Shown: positions 13,020 to 26,689 of the stretch, piece after piece
Position numbering within the stretch: position 1 is the stretch's first letter
How the letters are laid out: every line of letters starts with the position of its first letter
Source of the DNA: Pecten maximus
Lineage: Eukaryota
Assembly (NCBI RefSeq): GCF_902652985.1
Contig: NC_047028.1
Span: 27,032,001-27,096,000, forward strand
DNA length: 64,000 nt
Reading direction: 5' to 3'
Translations under genes and position numbers: made by a program
Notes under the pieces: generated by a model
The model's input: the letters and a program-made list of their open reading frames with translations, nothing else
The model's database searches: none
What the model was told of the DNA's origin: nothing

Positions 13020-15066
13020 CATCTTTGTTGTCATCATCATCATCATCCTCATTTTCCTCTTTAAAATCTCCGCAAACCGGGAAATCATTCGGAACCTTCG
13101 GATACTTCACAGGAGATTCAATAATCACCATCCCCATTCCGTTAGTGTTGTGGAGGTCAATATGGCAATGAAAGAACCAGGCCCCTGGGTTGTCTGCCCT
13201 GAATCTGATGACGACGTATCCGTGCGTGGGAACGATGATGGTGTCTTTCTGTGCAGTGTTATCAAGGACACGTCCCGGTACATTTCCTCCATTCCAGCTG
13301 GCGTTAGCCCAGATAGGACTGTTACAATATCCCTTTGATCCGCGCGAACATGATATATCCGGGGTTGAATCAATCAAAAAGCCACTGGCATTGTACTGTC
13401 CGAACCCCATCTTCATGATGTAAAATGAATGGCCGTGTAAATGCACCGGATGTGACCACCCTTTCCCATTTCCGAGGTTGGTCAGTGTAAATTGGTATAC
13501 CTTTCCATTCTCTATTTCCTGTGTGTATGTACATCTGCATGTTGTGTCCTCACAGTTCAGATCACAGACAGTGTTGACGTCTTCGGGCTGTGAGTAGATA
13601 GGAGCCACAGGAGGTACAAATTGACGGCCATTCACCGATCCTTCCATATAGCCAACAGGCCCCGGAAAAGCAAAATTAAAGAAGTACTCCTCATCGATGG
13701 TGCTGACATCTTGCGGCCGAGAATTGAAATCATCTGTTCTTGCGTCATTATATGTCAAACAAATTTCATTTTTACTTTCAGGAAAAAGATAGGGACAGTT
13801 AAATATCACGCATTTGTCTGTCGAGGTACACGGATTTTTATTGGCCTTACCTGGGTTTAAGTTCCGGGTACTTCCTATGTAATGAATGATGGCTTCCGCA
13901 ACGTGGTACTCGCCTCTTTTAGTGATTTCACTTTCGACTTCCAGTGTCTGTGCAACAAGTAAATAGTTACCTTTTGGTTTCTCTAACTTGTCTGTGAACA
14001 GTACGAAATCATATCTTTCTCCTGGATTGATGATGAACGATTCCACAATCATGGGTTTCAATGCGAATCCGTCCGAGGCAACAACTGTTATTTTCGGGTG
14101 GCCTTCCACGTACACACGGAATGGATAAAGAGTGGCTGCACTGATCACCCTGAAGGTGTAGTTCCTATTTGGAGCCACATCAAATTCAGTCAGCGGAGCC
14201 TCGTTATGTTTAGTAGAACTCTTGTAGTAACGACCTTTCCCATTCACCAATCCCGAATGGTATCTGTATCTACTGTACATGCCACCGTCGACCGAAGATG
14301 TTGTATTGTACGGTATGTTCTTCCTCTGGTCATATACACCGTACAACATGCGTTGATATAATGTGGATGCGTCGTCTTCGTGGTTCCAGTCCTGCAGCAT
14401 CACAACATGTTCGTCTCTTGTTTCTGACGGAAGTTCCAGTTTTGGATATACAACAATAGCTCCATACAAACCCATTGTTCTCTGATCACCGATGTGGGCA
14501 TGGTAAAAACTGGTGCCATGCGGCTTGGCCTTAAACTTGTAAGTAAACTCCTGGCCGTGTCCTAGTGGACATTGGGATACCATGGCAACGCCATCCGCAT
14601 AAGTTGATCCCTGTTGGTGCATTCCATGCCAGTGAACCGTAGTACTATCTGTGTCCATCAGGTTTCGGACGTGGATGATCAAGGTCTGGTCCTCATACGC
14701 CGTGATCTGTGGTCCTGGGAAAAGCCGATTTACGCTAATTACGAGTCGAGAATTGTTGGCATCTGCCGTCAAGATGTACGGTATTTGGTCTGCTTTTATG
14801 ATAGGCTCATTCGGTTTGTTATACTCATAAAGCTGGCCTCCTCTAGGAACAACTAGAGACCGCTCCTCTTCTATCATCATGGTAAGACGATGGGAAACTG
14901 TCAGGAAGCATTCGCAGACATTCTGCCCTTTCCCGCATGTTGTGTCACGACACGGGTTTTTCCTTGTTTGGACTTCATCCCAGATACTACCAATGTTCTG
15001 GAAGGATGTGACTGTCAGCGATATTGCCAGAATATATCCAATGAAGACAATACCGGCCTCCCCCAT
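13020..15066 (-). CDS. Laccase-like multicopper oxidase (three cupredoxin domains), main exon
   Basis: All four Cu-binding motifs: HWHG, YHAH, HPVHLHGH and HCHIDLHNTNGM. Signal peptide MGEAGIVFIGYILAISLTVTS follows acceptor TTTCAG; donor G|GTATGT follows the acidic linker. Confidence 0.95.
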
Positions 15067-15285
15067 CTGAAACATAAGCCATAAAACATTACCTTATCCA
15101 TTTGCACTGATACCTCAGAAACAGACCAAAGCAAAAATTGAAATTCAAGTCTAAACAGATCTAGATTATAAACATTCCAACAGTCAACAGTAACAAACTG
15201 GCAAAACTCTGGGGGTTTTTTGTTGTTTTTTGTTTGTTTTGTTGTTTGCTTTTTCAAGTTTTCCATTCAGTTTGTGAGTGGAGGG

Positions 15286-15407
15286 TAGCCTGAGTTTCCT
15301 CTCACCCTAAGACCGGAAATTAAATGTTTTTACAGATTCCTGGTTTGGTATTTATGTTCATCAAGATGAATAATGTCTGGTGTTAGGGTCATAGGAAACT
15401 CAGACTA
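15286..15407. mobile_element. Longer, older member of the TAGCC...GGCTA MITE family
   Basis: TAGCCTGAGTTTCCT...AGGAAACTCAGACTA; degraded flanks GAGTGGAGGG/GAGTGATAGA. Confidence 0.65.
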
Positions 15408-16216
15408 GAGTGATAGATGTGTGTTTATGTTACATACTCTGTTTAAAAACGTAATCTTAACACAAAACTTTTCAGTATTTTAATCCACATATTAAACTTT
15501 TTCAAATCCTAATGGAAGGGTTACACACATTTCCAGTTATCGAACATCGAAATGTTTTGTTGTTATTTCGGTAAGTTTGTCATCTTAAGATTAATTTTAA
15601 TAAGGTCAGATTGTAAACAAATCCGATTAATCATATGATGTTAGTTTTAAATAAACAAAAACTAAACTAAAATGATAAATTTGAAACTCTGTTCAAATAG
15701 CCATAACTTCAGTCTGATGTAAATAGCTCTCGGACTGTCTTTGACTTTAACTAAAAAATAAAATTCACTCTCAATCAGAAACATGTCTGTATGGAAGTGA
15801 ACACCAATTTCGGGGGGGGGGGGGGGAGTGGGGGGGAGTGGGTTTCTTTTATCACAATTCTTGTGATTTGAGGTCCAAGAGTAGAATATTAGTGCTAACA
15901 TAAGTATTCCATACCGTAGTCATTAAACTATATATTAAATGTTTAATAATTAACTCCAAGCACACCAACACATGTACCATGATGGATTGTTGGCTGGGTT
16001 TATCACCACGTGAACAGCCATTTTGAGGCTGTGTTTCCATGTATAATTAGGTGACGACTTCCCTGAACAGCATATGAGAGGCCCATCGACTGCCATCCGG
16101 AGCAATTCGCAAAAATATGTCTCTCTATGTCTTACTCAGTCGTACACTTCCTGTGAACAACACTACATAGGTCACAGAACAAGCCCCTTGGGCATCTTTA
16201 AAATCTTAAAGCATTT

Positions 16217-17005
16217 TGATTTAAACATATTTTATATTCTTTAAACAATTGGATCGGGCACATGTTTTTCAACTTATTCAAAGCCCTTTCCTTACAATAA
16301 AACTGTATATATTTACAAAATTCAAGATGGCATATTTACAATACTAAAATACATTATCTCACACTATCATACAGTCACACGTGGAGAAACATCATGAGTG
16401 AGAGAGAGGAAGAGAGAGAGGGAGGAGGGGAGAAGGGGAGCATCTTATTTATTATTCAATATTATATACATATATAATGTGAGTAATTCTTTCCGACACC
16501 GACGGCAAAAGTTAATTCTAACACTATTCAATGCTCACAACTTTTACTAATGTCCATCACTTCCCGTGCCTTGGTTAGCGTCCTCCTGGTCATTCCGTAC
16601 TTTCTTGTATATTCGTTTCTCTGTTGCCGCCGACGACGGAAAAGACCAAATACAAGTTAACTTATACATACACTTTCAGAGATGTTTTAAAACTTATCAA
16701 AGAGAGAAGGGAGAGAGGGGGGATGTTAGGAGTTAGAATCTGTTTGAGTCGTTGACAAATTGCTGAGTGTGCATATAATCAATCAACTCGTCTTCTTGCG
16801 CAGAAAGAGTCGTGTCTCCAAAAAGAAGTAGATTTACGTTGAGAGGAATATAGCGGTTTAGATGGCGGAATAGTGTAAATCTTTGTTCCGCATAAGTATT
16901 ACAATCAAAGAAGAAGTGGTGGGTATTTTCAGTAGGAAAGCCACAATGACAACGTTGATCAGTAATAAGGTTGGCTCTAAATAAAGCATTCATTGTGGTT
17001 GTCAA
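16217..17005 (-). mobile_element. CR1/L2-group LINE 3' end (CCHC knuckle and 3' UTR); partly duplicated at ~18115-18560; related UTR at ~11080-11250
   Basis: CHCGFPTENTHHFFFDC...LLLFGD...SNRF*. Confidence 0.75.
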
Positions 17006-17408
17006 AATATAGGACGACTTTCAAAACCATTATTTAATTGATTACTTACGTAATGTATTGATTGTATATCTATATGCACCATTATTATCATTGCCTAAAC
17101 ATATTTTCATCGCCACAAAGATTAAGCTATATATTGCTAAATGTGCACATATCATTCAAACAATTACTGGGCGTTTCCCATCGTTAAATGTGCACATATC
17201 ATTCACACAATTACTGGGTATTTCCGTTCTTCATCCGTAGCCACAGTTCTAGAAAAATTCACGAATAGATTTTTTATATTGTTACACAAAACGTGTGCTC
17301 ATATTTTTAAAGAAAATACATGTTTATCTACAGGCATTCGTTCGTGTATCAATATAAAATTTAGATATTCAACATACTGTAATCATAAACGCTTACCGTC
17401 GCCCTTAA

Positions 17409-17908
17409 NNNNNNNNNNNNNNNNNNNNNNNNNNNNNNNNNNNNNNNNNNNNNNNNNNNNNNNNNNNNNNNNNNNNNNNNNNNNNNNNNNNNNNNNNNNN
17501 NNNNNNNNNNNNNNNNNNNNNNNNNNNNNNNNNNNNNNNNNNNNNNNNNNNNNNNNNNNNNNNNNNNNNNNNNNNNNNNNNNNNNNNNNNNNNNNNNNNN
17601 NNNNNNNNNNNNNNNNNNNNNNNNNNNNNNNNNNNNNNNNNNNNNNNNNNNNNNNNNNNNNNNNNNNNNNNNNNNNNNNNNNNNNNNNNNNNNNNNNNNN
17701 NNNNNNNNNNNNNNNNNNNNNNNNNNNNNNNNNNNNNNNNNNNNNNNNNNNNNNNNNNNNNNNNNNNNNNNNNNNNNNNNNNNNNNNNNNNNNNNNNNNN
17801 NNNNNNNNNNNNNNNNNNNNNNNNNNNNNNNNNNNNNNNNNNNNNNNNNNNNNNNNNNNNNNNNNNNNNNNNNNNNNNNNNNNNNNNNNNNNNNNNNNNN
17901 NNNNNNNN
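17409..17908. other. Assembly gap (500 N)
   Basis: Run of N. Confidence 1.
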
Positions 17909-19559
17909 CCAACAGTCAACAGTAACAAACTGGCAAAACTCTGGGGTTTTTTTTGTTGTTTTTTGTTTGTTTTGTTGTTTGCTTTTTCAAGTTTTCCATT
18001 CAGTTTGTGAGTGGAGGGTAGCCTGAGTTTCCTCTCACCCTAAGACCGGAAATTAAATGTTTTTACTGATTCCTGGTTTGGTATTTATGTTCATCAAGAT
18101 GAATAATGTCTGGTGTTAACTTATACATACACTTTCAGACATTTTTTTAAAACTGATCAAAGAGAGAAGGGAGAGAGGGGGGATGTTAGGAGTTAGAATC
18201 AGTTTGAGTCGTTGATAAATTGAGAGTGTGCATATAATTCAACTCGTTGTCTTGCTCAGATAGAGTCGTGTCTCCAAAAAGAAGTAGATTTACGTTAAGA
18301 GGAATATAGCGGTTTAGATGGCGGACGAGTGTTATTCTTTGTTCAGCACAAGTATTACAATCAAAGAAGAAGTGGTGGGTGTTTTCAGTAGGAAAGCCAC
18401 AATGACAACGTTGATCAGTAATAAGGTTGGCTCTAAATAAAGCATTCATTGTGGGGTGTGTCGAAGGTTTAACACATGTACCCAGTTTTGATAAAATTGT
18501 CTATACACAAAGCCAATGTAAAAACCTCTTGTTACGAAGACAGACGCCATATATTATTAACCTTCCTGGTTGTCAAAATAAAGGACGGCTTTCAAAACCA
18601 TTATTTAATTGATTACTTACGTAATGTATTGATTGTATATCTATATGCACCATTATTATCATTGCCTAAACATATTTTCATCGCCACAAAGATTAAGCTA
18701 TATAAACAATTACTGGGCGTTTCCCATCGTTAAATGTGCACATATCATTCACACAATTACTGGGTGTTTCCGTTCTTCATCCGTAGCCACAGTTCTAGAA
18801 AAAGTCACGAATAGATTTTTTATATTGTTACACAAAACATGTGCTCATATTTTAAAAGATAAGAAATGTTTATAGGCATTCTTTCGTGTATCAAAATAAA
18901 ATTTAGATATTCAACATACTGTAATCATAAACGCTTACCGCCGCCCTTAAGGCTTGCTGGATGAAATGGAGATTGTAGTCCCGGTCTATACAGCCACAAG
19001 AAACACGACAAATAATCTGCTATGTTCACTTACAAAGGTCGACTGATACAACTTAAGTTTGCCACATTCATGGACGTGAAAGATCACTAAAATATCGCCG
19101 CGGTCTGAGGGCTATTTAAAAATAAATGAAGATAGTATTTGGTGCACAAAAACTACCTTTCCTTAGCTGACCTACATTCTACCGCTACAGAATAGAGACC
19201 CTCGTGCTCACAGCTAAGATACATTGCTGTGGAACTTGGACACGGTAATGACATTGCCATCTATGTGTGTCGGTTAAGGGAAATACTCTACTTGACATAT
19301 CTGTGTGTTTATATGCAGTATGTGTGCACTGCTTGCAGTCTACGTGTTAAATATATAGGACATGTGTACATGCGTCCGTGACGTTTGCGCAGCACTGGTA
19401 ACTTAGGAACCGCTATCGAGCAGGGTAGCAGCTTTATTGTATGACAAAATGAATAGCCGATATCAAGTGCTTTAACTGATTTTCATTTTGTCCAATATCA
19501 TGCATGATGATGCTGGAATATGTACCCTGTAAAATCACGAAAGGTGTATGCTGCCCTTC

Positions 19560-20260
19560 AGCGGAAGAGGCAATTGTGTTTAAAGGCAAGCTCAACCCAA
19601 ATCCTTAATCTTCTCATCATTGGTGGAAGGTGGTCATATTTTATTATAAATGGTTTGACCCAAAGAAACGGAATGGTAGGCCCCAAAATGGGAACTTTGT
19701 TGAATTATTGCTTTAAAACCCTACTCCTTCTTAACCAAATTTGATTTGAAACATCATTTGGGGGAGGGCAATCATATTTTATTTTGAATGAGGCTAGTGT
19801 GACCCCTGGGGACAGAGAAGCGAGGATAACTCATAAGGGGACAGTAATCATATTATTTTTTACAAATGAAGCTTGTGGAGCCCCTGGGGAGAGAAGGGTG
19901 AAGCCCCAAAAGTGGAACTTAGCCAAAATTTTGTTTTAAAATGCTACTCCTTTTTAATATCTTAATTGATTGCAACCTTATTTAGTATGAAGCATCATTG
20001 GGGAAGGGCAATCCTAATTGATAAAAATGAGGCTTGTCCGATCCATGGGGACAGAGGGACAGGGCCGTAAAATGAGAACTTGGCTGGAAATTTGCTTTGA
20101 AATGCTGCTCTTCCTTTAAGCCAAAATGGATAAAAACATAATTTGATCTGAAACATAACTGGCTGCGTATAGATAATTTATGGTAATGATGGTGCATTGG
20201 GAGGTGACTCCCTGCTGTAAAAGTGTTTGTCAGATGACCGTTAAGGCCCATGGGCCTGTT
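19560..20260 (+). mobile_element. Helentron-associated non-autonomous element (HINE/pearl-like) with ~160-bp internal repeats
   Basis: Repeated AAATGCTACTCCT...GGGCAATC...GACCCCTGGGG units; 3' end CAGATGACCGTTAAGGCCCATGGGCCT with a short palindrome. Confidence 0.7.
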
Positions 20261-20356
20261 ACTCTCCTAGTACTCCAGCTTTCCTCCACTTCGAAAACCT
20301 GGCATATCCTTAAATGATCCTGGCTGTTAAAGGGACGTTAAACAAAATAAACCAAT
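20261..20356 (+). mobile_element. V-SINE 3' fragment
   Basis: TACTCCAGCTTTCCTCCAC...GGACGTTAAACAAAATAAACC. Confidence 0.8.
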
Positions 20357-20357
20357 C

Positions 20358-20610
20358 ACACTCCCGAAATGCTAATCGTAAAGCGGAAGTAGCAACTCTG
20401 GTATGTCTTTGCCAGGGGACAAAGCGAAAGCGACTTCCTCGCAGTTACGAACGCCCAACTAAATAACTGAGCAGATTCAAGAGAGGCATTGAAAAGAAGA
20501 GTGTTGTTTAAAAACTAGAGTAAAGTAAAGATACGATGCCAAACTCAAACGCCTCTGACGAGTCATGCAAGGGGGTCTGCAGGTGCAATTCTCACGCCCT
20601 ATCTGTAAGG
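20358..20610 (-). mobile_element. Old Meta-SINE 5' half, including the structured 5' leader
   Basis: Colinear with 41120-41390. Confidence 0.7.
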
Positions 20611-21717
20611 AAGCAGAATCACCAACGGTATTGTCAGATGTTTAAACAATGTATTGCAAACGTACATAGCGGTAATTTTATTTTAGCGATTTTCACGCGT
20701 GAAGTATTGCACTAAATTAAGATTGCGTTAATTACACTTTCCTTATACTATTCTCAGTCTAGCTGAAGCAAGCTTCCTTGTCTGTGTTAGCCTTCAGATT
20801 AGTGTTCTGTGAATCTATCTAGTGAGTTTGCCTTCAGACTTCAAGAGTGATTATTGTCGTGGGAAAATATAAGTTCATGACCAATGGACTATATATAGTT
20901 CATGCAGCATGCCATGAGGTGATACTGCAAACAGGAAAAGGAAATGAATCTGTATATTTCGGAGACTTTGCAAAATCTTTCGATTATGTAGATAATGCCA
21001 ACCTTTGATGTAAATTAAGCAGAATAGGTTTAGAGGAGAAAATATTCAACTTTTGTGGAAATAAAATCGAGTCTAACAGGGAGAAATTGTATCGCCATAT
21101 TTATTCTCTCTTTCACAAAGGATATTTTATTATCATAAATAGTGCAAAGGAATTTGTTGATTTGAGCTTATTTTTTTCTTCCGACAACCAGTTAGGGCTA
21201 TTTTAAGAGTGCATTAGAGGGCTTTAAAGGCTACATGTATTACTTAAAAAAATGTAGAAATTTGCAAAAAAAAGCTAGCCTTACAACGGAAAAAATACTG
21301 AAATACACCGTATTTAGTTTTCAAATTGTGGCATGGTTAGTGAGGATAAGTCTTAGGAGTATTGAAATGGCCATTTACAAAACGTTGCGGTTTCTGTAAG
21401 GGGTTTTAAAAATCCTAATCCTTAGATTGATAAATAAGGTAATAAACAGAACAAACCAAGGGCATACAGACACTAATTATAACTTATGATCGATCAAATG
21501 AGGGCAAATTACAACAAAGATCTTCCTTTAAAAGTACACAGTTATAAAGACCAGGTGTTCCGGATTAGTAAGCGTCCTCTGCTTCATCGAGGACACCCAT
21601 CATACAAATGAAGGTAATATCTGGGTTTGATAACATTCTCAAAATTAGACCTTTGGTGGTAGTAAAACATATTGCTGACCAAAGACGCAAAGCACTTTTA
21701 TTGCGTTCAAAGTGTAC

Positions 21718-21870
21718 TGTCGGGAGGCATGGATCATGTTACAGTCCCCTGTGGTAGTGATATAATGTCGGGGCATATGGATCATGTTACAGTCCCCTGT
21801 GGTTGTGATTTATTGTCGGGAGGCATATAGTTATATGTTACAAATCCCCGTGGTAGTAATACATTGTCGG
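21718..21870. repeat. ~48-51-bp tandem repeat, 3 copies
   Basis: TGTCGGG..GCAT.GATCATGTTACAGTCCCCTGTGGT units. Confidence 0.85.
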
Positions 21871-22226
21871 GATGCTACATCAAAATGCATTAGTTCGTTA
21901 ATTTATTTCATCAGCAGTTTTACATTATAACCACTAGCATTAAAACTATGCCGTTCTTCTTTTTTAAAGATATTTCTTGTTTAAGTTTGATTTATTATCT
22001 ACAATTATTCCAAGGTCTTTCTCTTCCGTTTCCTCTGATAGAATTACTGTCGTTCTTAGACTATCAACATCCTGATATTAATGTAAATTGTTTTATCTAT
22101 TCTTTCCTAAATTCATTGTTTTGTATTTGTGTCATGTATCCGACCATTATTGTAAGTTGTCTAGGTCCAGCTGAAGATCTCCATTTAACCTGTGGTAGAT
22201 ATAGAACCGGAAACACAACTTGTGAT

Positions 22227-22360
22227 CACAGGTACTTGGGTTAAGAAATTATATTTGTGTATATATACTATATAGCCTCGTATTACTCTATTTTATATAG
22301 TAATACGAGGCTATATAGTATATATATACATGATATAATTTCTTAACCCAAGTACCTGTG
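22227..22360. mobile_element. Fully palindromic MITE, 8-bp TSD (hAT- or P-like)
   Basis: CACAGGTACTTGGGTTAAGAAATT...AATTTCTTAACCCAAGTACCTGTG; TSD CTTGTGAT at 22219-22226 and 22361-22368. Confidence 0.9.
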
Positions 22361-22374
22361 CTTGTGATGGGTCA

Positions 22375-25300
22375 AATTCAAATTCATTTTATTCTCTTTT
22401 CACATATTGACATGATATATAGAGAAAAACATATTTACAATATAATATATACAATTAAAGTAGTGTTCGTAGTTGAAACATGGCACAGTTTCACAACAAA
22501 ATATTTTCATTCTTAATTATCAAGGAGGACAAATCATGTTGTTAATTAATCTGATAAAAATACACATTTTCATTAGTTTTTTAACATTAGTCATATTCAT
22601 TAATTTGTTAAATTTAATAATATTTGGTCTTGACCAATTGTATTTGTCTATATCTAAAATTCTGTGAGCAGATAACGCTGTACATTCAAGTAAATAATGA
22701 AATTCATCACCAATTTGTTGACCATTACAATGTGGACATTTTCTTTCCTTATACTCAATCTGGTGCCATCTGCCAGTTTCAACAATAAATTTATGATTAG
22801 TAGTGCGAAATTTACAAAAAGTTACTCTATCTTTATCAGGTAAAATATCTAAATAATTTTCAAAATTACAATTATCCTTAAAAATTCTATAACATATAGC
22901 CTTTGAGGAATTGTGTACATCACTCTGCCATTTCTGTAAGTACTGGTCATAAAGTCTTAACTTAATAAAATGTTTTAGCCATACTGGATTACATTCAGAA
23001 GAATATTGTATATCCCACAAGTAACTCACTCCACATTCATTTAAAATACCTTTAACAAATCTTATATAAGGAACAGGTTTGTCATCAAAATGATGACAAT
23101 AACAAAGAAGTTTATACAATTTAATATTAAGCTTACTTAATTTAGAATGAGTCAACTGTGACCAATATGTTATTATTCTTGTTTTTACCGTAATTTCTAG
23201 TGGAGTTGTACCAAGTTCTCAATATACCATATAATTAGGAGTACTATTTTTTAATCCAAGTAATAATTTACAAAATTTTAGTTGGACACGTTCAATTATT
23301 TTGAGGTCAGTTAAACTCCAAATCTCACATCCATACAGTAAAATTGGTTTGACAATCTTTTCAAATAAGTCATCTGTACGACAAAATATCAAGCCCAAAT
23401 AGGTGAAGTTATCCACGTACTCTATCACCTCATTATCAAATAAAAATTCAATTATATTGTTTCTACGTCCTTTATTAAAAACCATACATTTTGTTTTTTC
23501 TATATCAACTTTCAATTTCCACTGTTTACAGTATTCGTTAAAAATATCTAGTTGCAATTGCAAGTCAGCTGGAGAGTCTGAAAAAAAGTACGGTATCATC
23601 AGCATAAAGTAGTATAAAAAGCTTTAAGTAAATATGCAAGTCAGTTTCTAATTTAGCACTGATACTTTTTAAACCATGTACGCTATTTTGGGTCATACAT
23701 TCCTCAAGATCGTTCAGGTATAGACTGAATAAGAATGGAGATAGATTTCCCCCTTGTCTTAAACCATTTTCACATGGGAAATAGCTAGACAACTCACCAT
23801 TTAAAATTACGTTTGATTTAATGCCTCGATACATATTAAAAATTATCTTAAACATTTTCCCATTAATTCCACTCATTAACATTTTGTTCCAGAGACCTTT
23901 TCGCCACACTCTATCGAAGGCTTTTTCGAAGTCAACAAATATACAATATAACTTGCTTTTCATCATTTGTGTCAAATTAATGAGAGAGTTAAGAACAAAA
24001 ATATTATCAATCGTCGAATAATTTTTACGGAACCCCGACTGGTTTTCAAATATTAGGCCAACATCATCAGAATATTTCTGTAGCCTTTGGTTTAGTATAC
24101 TAGTAAACAACTTCCCCATACACCTAACTATTGTAATCGGCCTATATATTTTTTAGGTTGCGTGGGTGAACCTTTATTTTTAAAAATTGGAACAATACTA
24201 CCTGTAACCCATTTTGCTGGGAAATTGCCACTATTAAATATAATATTAAATAGTTTTACATACAAATCGGTCATTTTCACAGCGGAATGTTTGATATATT
24301 CGTTTATGATATTGTCATCAGAGCATGACTTGTTATTTTTCAGTGATCTAATAGCTTTTTCGACCTCATCCTTTGTTATATCAAAATTTAAAAAGTCATC
24401 AACACCGTCATCATAACCTACAGGTACATCAGTATTACCATCATCAACACTAGCATTGAGGTCTTTATAAAAATTGAAGAAAACATCTATAGGCATTGTT
24501 CCTTTTGGTTTTCTTTTCCCATCAGCTTTCAGTAGCTTCCAATAGTCTCTTGGATTTTTACTTTTCATAACTTTCAACTTTTTACGAAAGTCATATCTAA
24601 ATTTTTTAATACTTTTATTCATAGTATATTTATAAGCTTTTACAGATTCGTTATATTCATTATGAAAATACTCGTTTCGATGCCGTCTGTACTGGCCTTT
24701 ACACCGTCTGTATATTTTTCTTGCATTTTTACAATTAAAATCAAACCAGGGTTTCTTGGAAGCAACTGATTTCTGCTTATTTACTTTGTATATATTAGTG
24801 CCAAGTGAGTTTTTAGCTGCATGCAATAATATATTACAACAGTTATCAATCAACTGATCAATGTTAAGTTCATTAATATCATTACAGTTATCAATTAAGT
24901 CAGCGACATGTTTGATTGAATCATCATCAATATTATCGACAAAATCAACTGCTTTCGCAGAGTTCCATTTATTAATTCCTTCCTCCACTCTTGAGGGTTG
25001 ATCATACACATCATTTGTATTTAAAATATAAGAAAATTGTAGGGTTAATGAAATTGGACAATGAGCATCGGACAATAGGGAATCAAAATCTAAGATTTCA
25101 AATTCACCGACATTTTTAACAAGTCTTGATGAACAAAGTACATAATCAACAACACTGTCGTTTTTACATGTAAGTTTACCAACACTTTTGTCACAGCCTG
25201 TTCGACCGTTACAAATGAAAAGGTCATTATATTTACAAAAATCTATTAACCTATTACCTGAATTATTCTTTTTATTATCACAGTTTGATCTATATTTGAG

Positions 25301-26595
25301 AAAAGTAAAATCACTAAAAACATCAGTATACTTAGTGTCATTCAGAATTCCAGCTGAAAAGTCATCATTATTTTCTATTTCACGTGCATCAATAAAATCA
25401 TTTGTATTTGAAGTCCGTGCATTAAAATCACCTAGGATACAAACATAATTACAATTATTTGAAAAATGTAAATACTCATTTTCAAGTTCTGAATATGGGT
25501 CACCTATATGATACTTTGAATTTTCAGGTGGTATATAGACTATACCAAACAGCAAATCTTCATCACAATGACAAATGTTACCATTTATCTTAAACCAACT
25601 TACATACTTACTATCACTTTCTATAGTATTGATATAGTTTTCCATGCCACACTTAAAGGCAAGAGTTATTCCACCAGCCTTGACCTTTCTTATTTGAAAA
25701 CGATTTTTCATGTTAATTACAAAACCAGGTAAATTAATAACATCTAAATCATCAGTTTTTGTTTCACATAGACATACAATTGTAATATATCAAAATTATT
25801 TACAAAATCAAGAAAGTCTGGGTATTGCATTCTTCTCAATATACCACCTACATTTAAAACTAATATTTTTATGTCATGAACTTTATAAGAGTCCACACGT
25901 GAGTCTGTATTGCCATTACTGACAAAAGAACGTGTACGTGTGCGGCCATCTCGGGCTTGCCCTCCGGCGTGTTCCTATTGTGAGCTTGAGTGTTCACGTC
26001 TACGTTTTCTGGCCTGTTTACTTGGTGTATTCGATGTTTGATTTGGGGTCACGGGGTTCACATATAACTGTCCATCAATAATTAATTTGTCTCTCAGTAA
26101 AACTGCTTTCTTCCCATTTTTTTTTTTTTTTTTTTGCTCGTTTTTGGACCGGATACAGCCTCTTTCTGATATCTTCAATTTCCTTTGGGTATTGTTCGTT
26201 TATTCCAAATTGGGTTCCCTTTAATTTCACTGCATTTTTTTCACATTTGTTAGATCTCTGTAATGGACGAACTTGGCTATGATGGAGCGTGGTCTCCCAC
26301 CCCTGGTGCTACCCTTGTTTCCAATGCGATGTACATTTGCCATGGGGATATCACAGGCATTTTCAATTTTCAAATTTTCATGTATACATTTTTTTACAGT
26401 TTCCTCACAGTTTTCACTATTGTCATTTTGGACCCACACTTTTTCTTGGATACCCGAAAATATAAGGTTATATTTCATGCTCCTACATTGAGCCTCTAGT
26501 GCCTTTTCCTTCATTTCTTCCATCGAAACTCTCATATCGTCAAGTTCATCGAATATTTCATGATCGGTTTTGTCCAATGAGTCAATGAGTCATAT
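22375..26595 (-). mobile_element. Near-complete but frameshifted LINE (RTE-X-like): L1-type ORF1 plus APE endonuclease/RT ORF2
   Basis: ORF1 EAQCRSMKYNLIFSGI...RPRSIIAKF (25975-26577); EN GDFNART, SVVDY, SDAH; RT FVDFEKAFD, GLRQG, LYADD; C-terminal CPHC...GDEFHYLLEC; (TTTGAA)n tail; probable 8-bp TSD ATGGGTCA (22367-22374, 26596-26603). Confidence 0.9.
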
Positions 26596-26689
26596 ATGGG
26601 TCAGAGCAGCGATCGAACGCCTATAGACCTCGTCGACAGGTATAACAGGTAAGTGTGACAATTTACAGCAACTTGTTGTCTTCTTTAAG

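Noticed and set aside
12970-15075. The 701-aa single ORF as the true laccase CDS
   Set aside because: Its first codons overlap a splice acceptor and its last 16 codons follow a consensus donor; the spliced model gives a clean signal peptide and TM helix
17141-18010. Long ORFs containing X runs (also 57414-57843)
   Set aside because: Artefacts of N gaps
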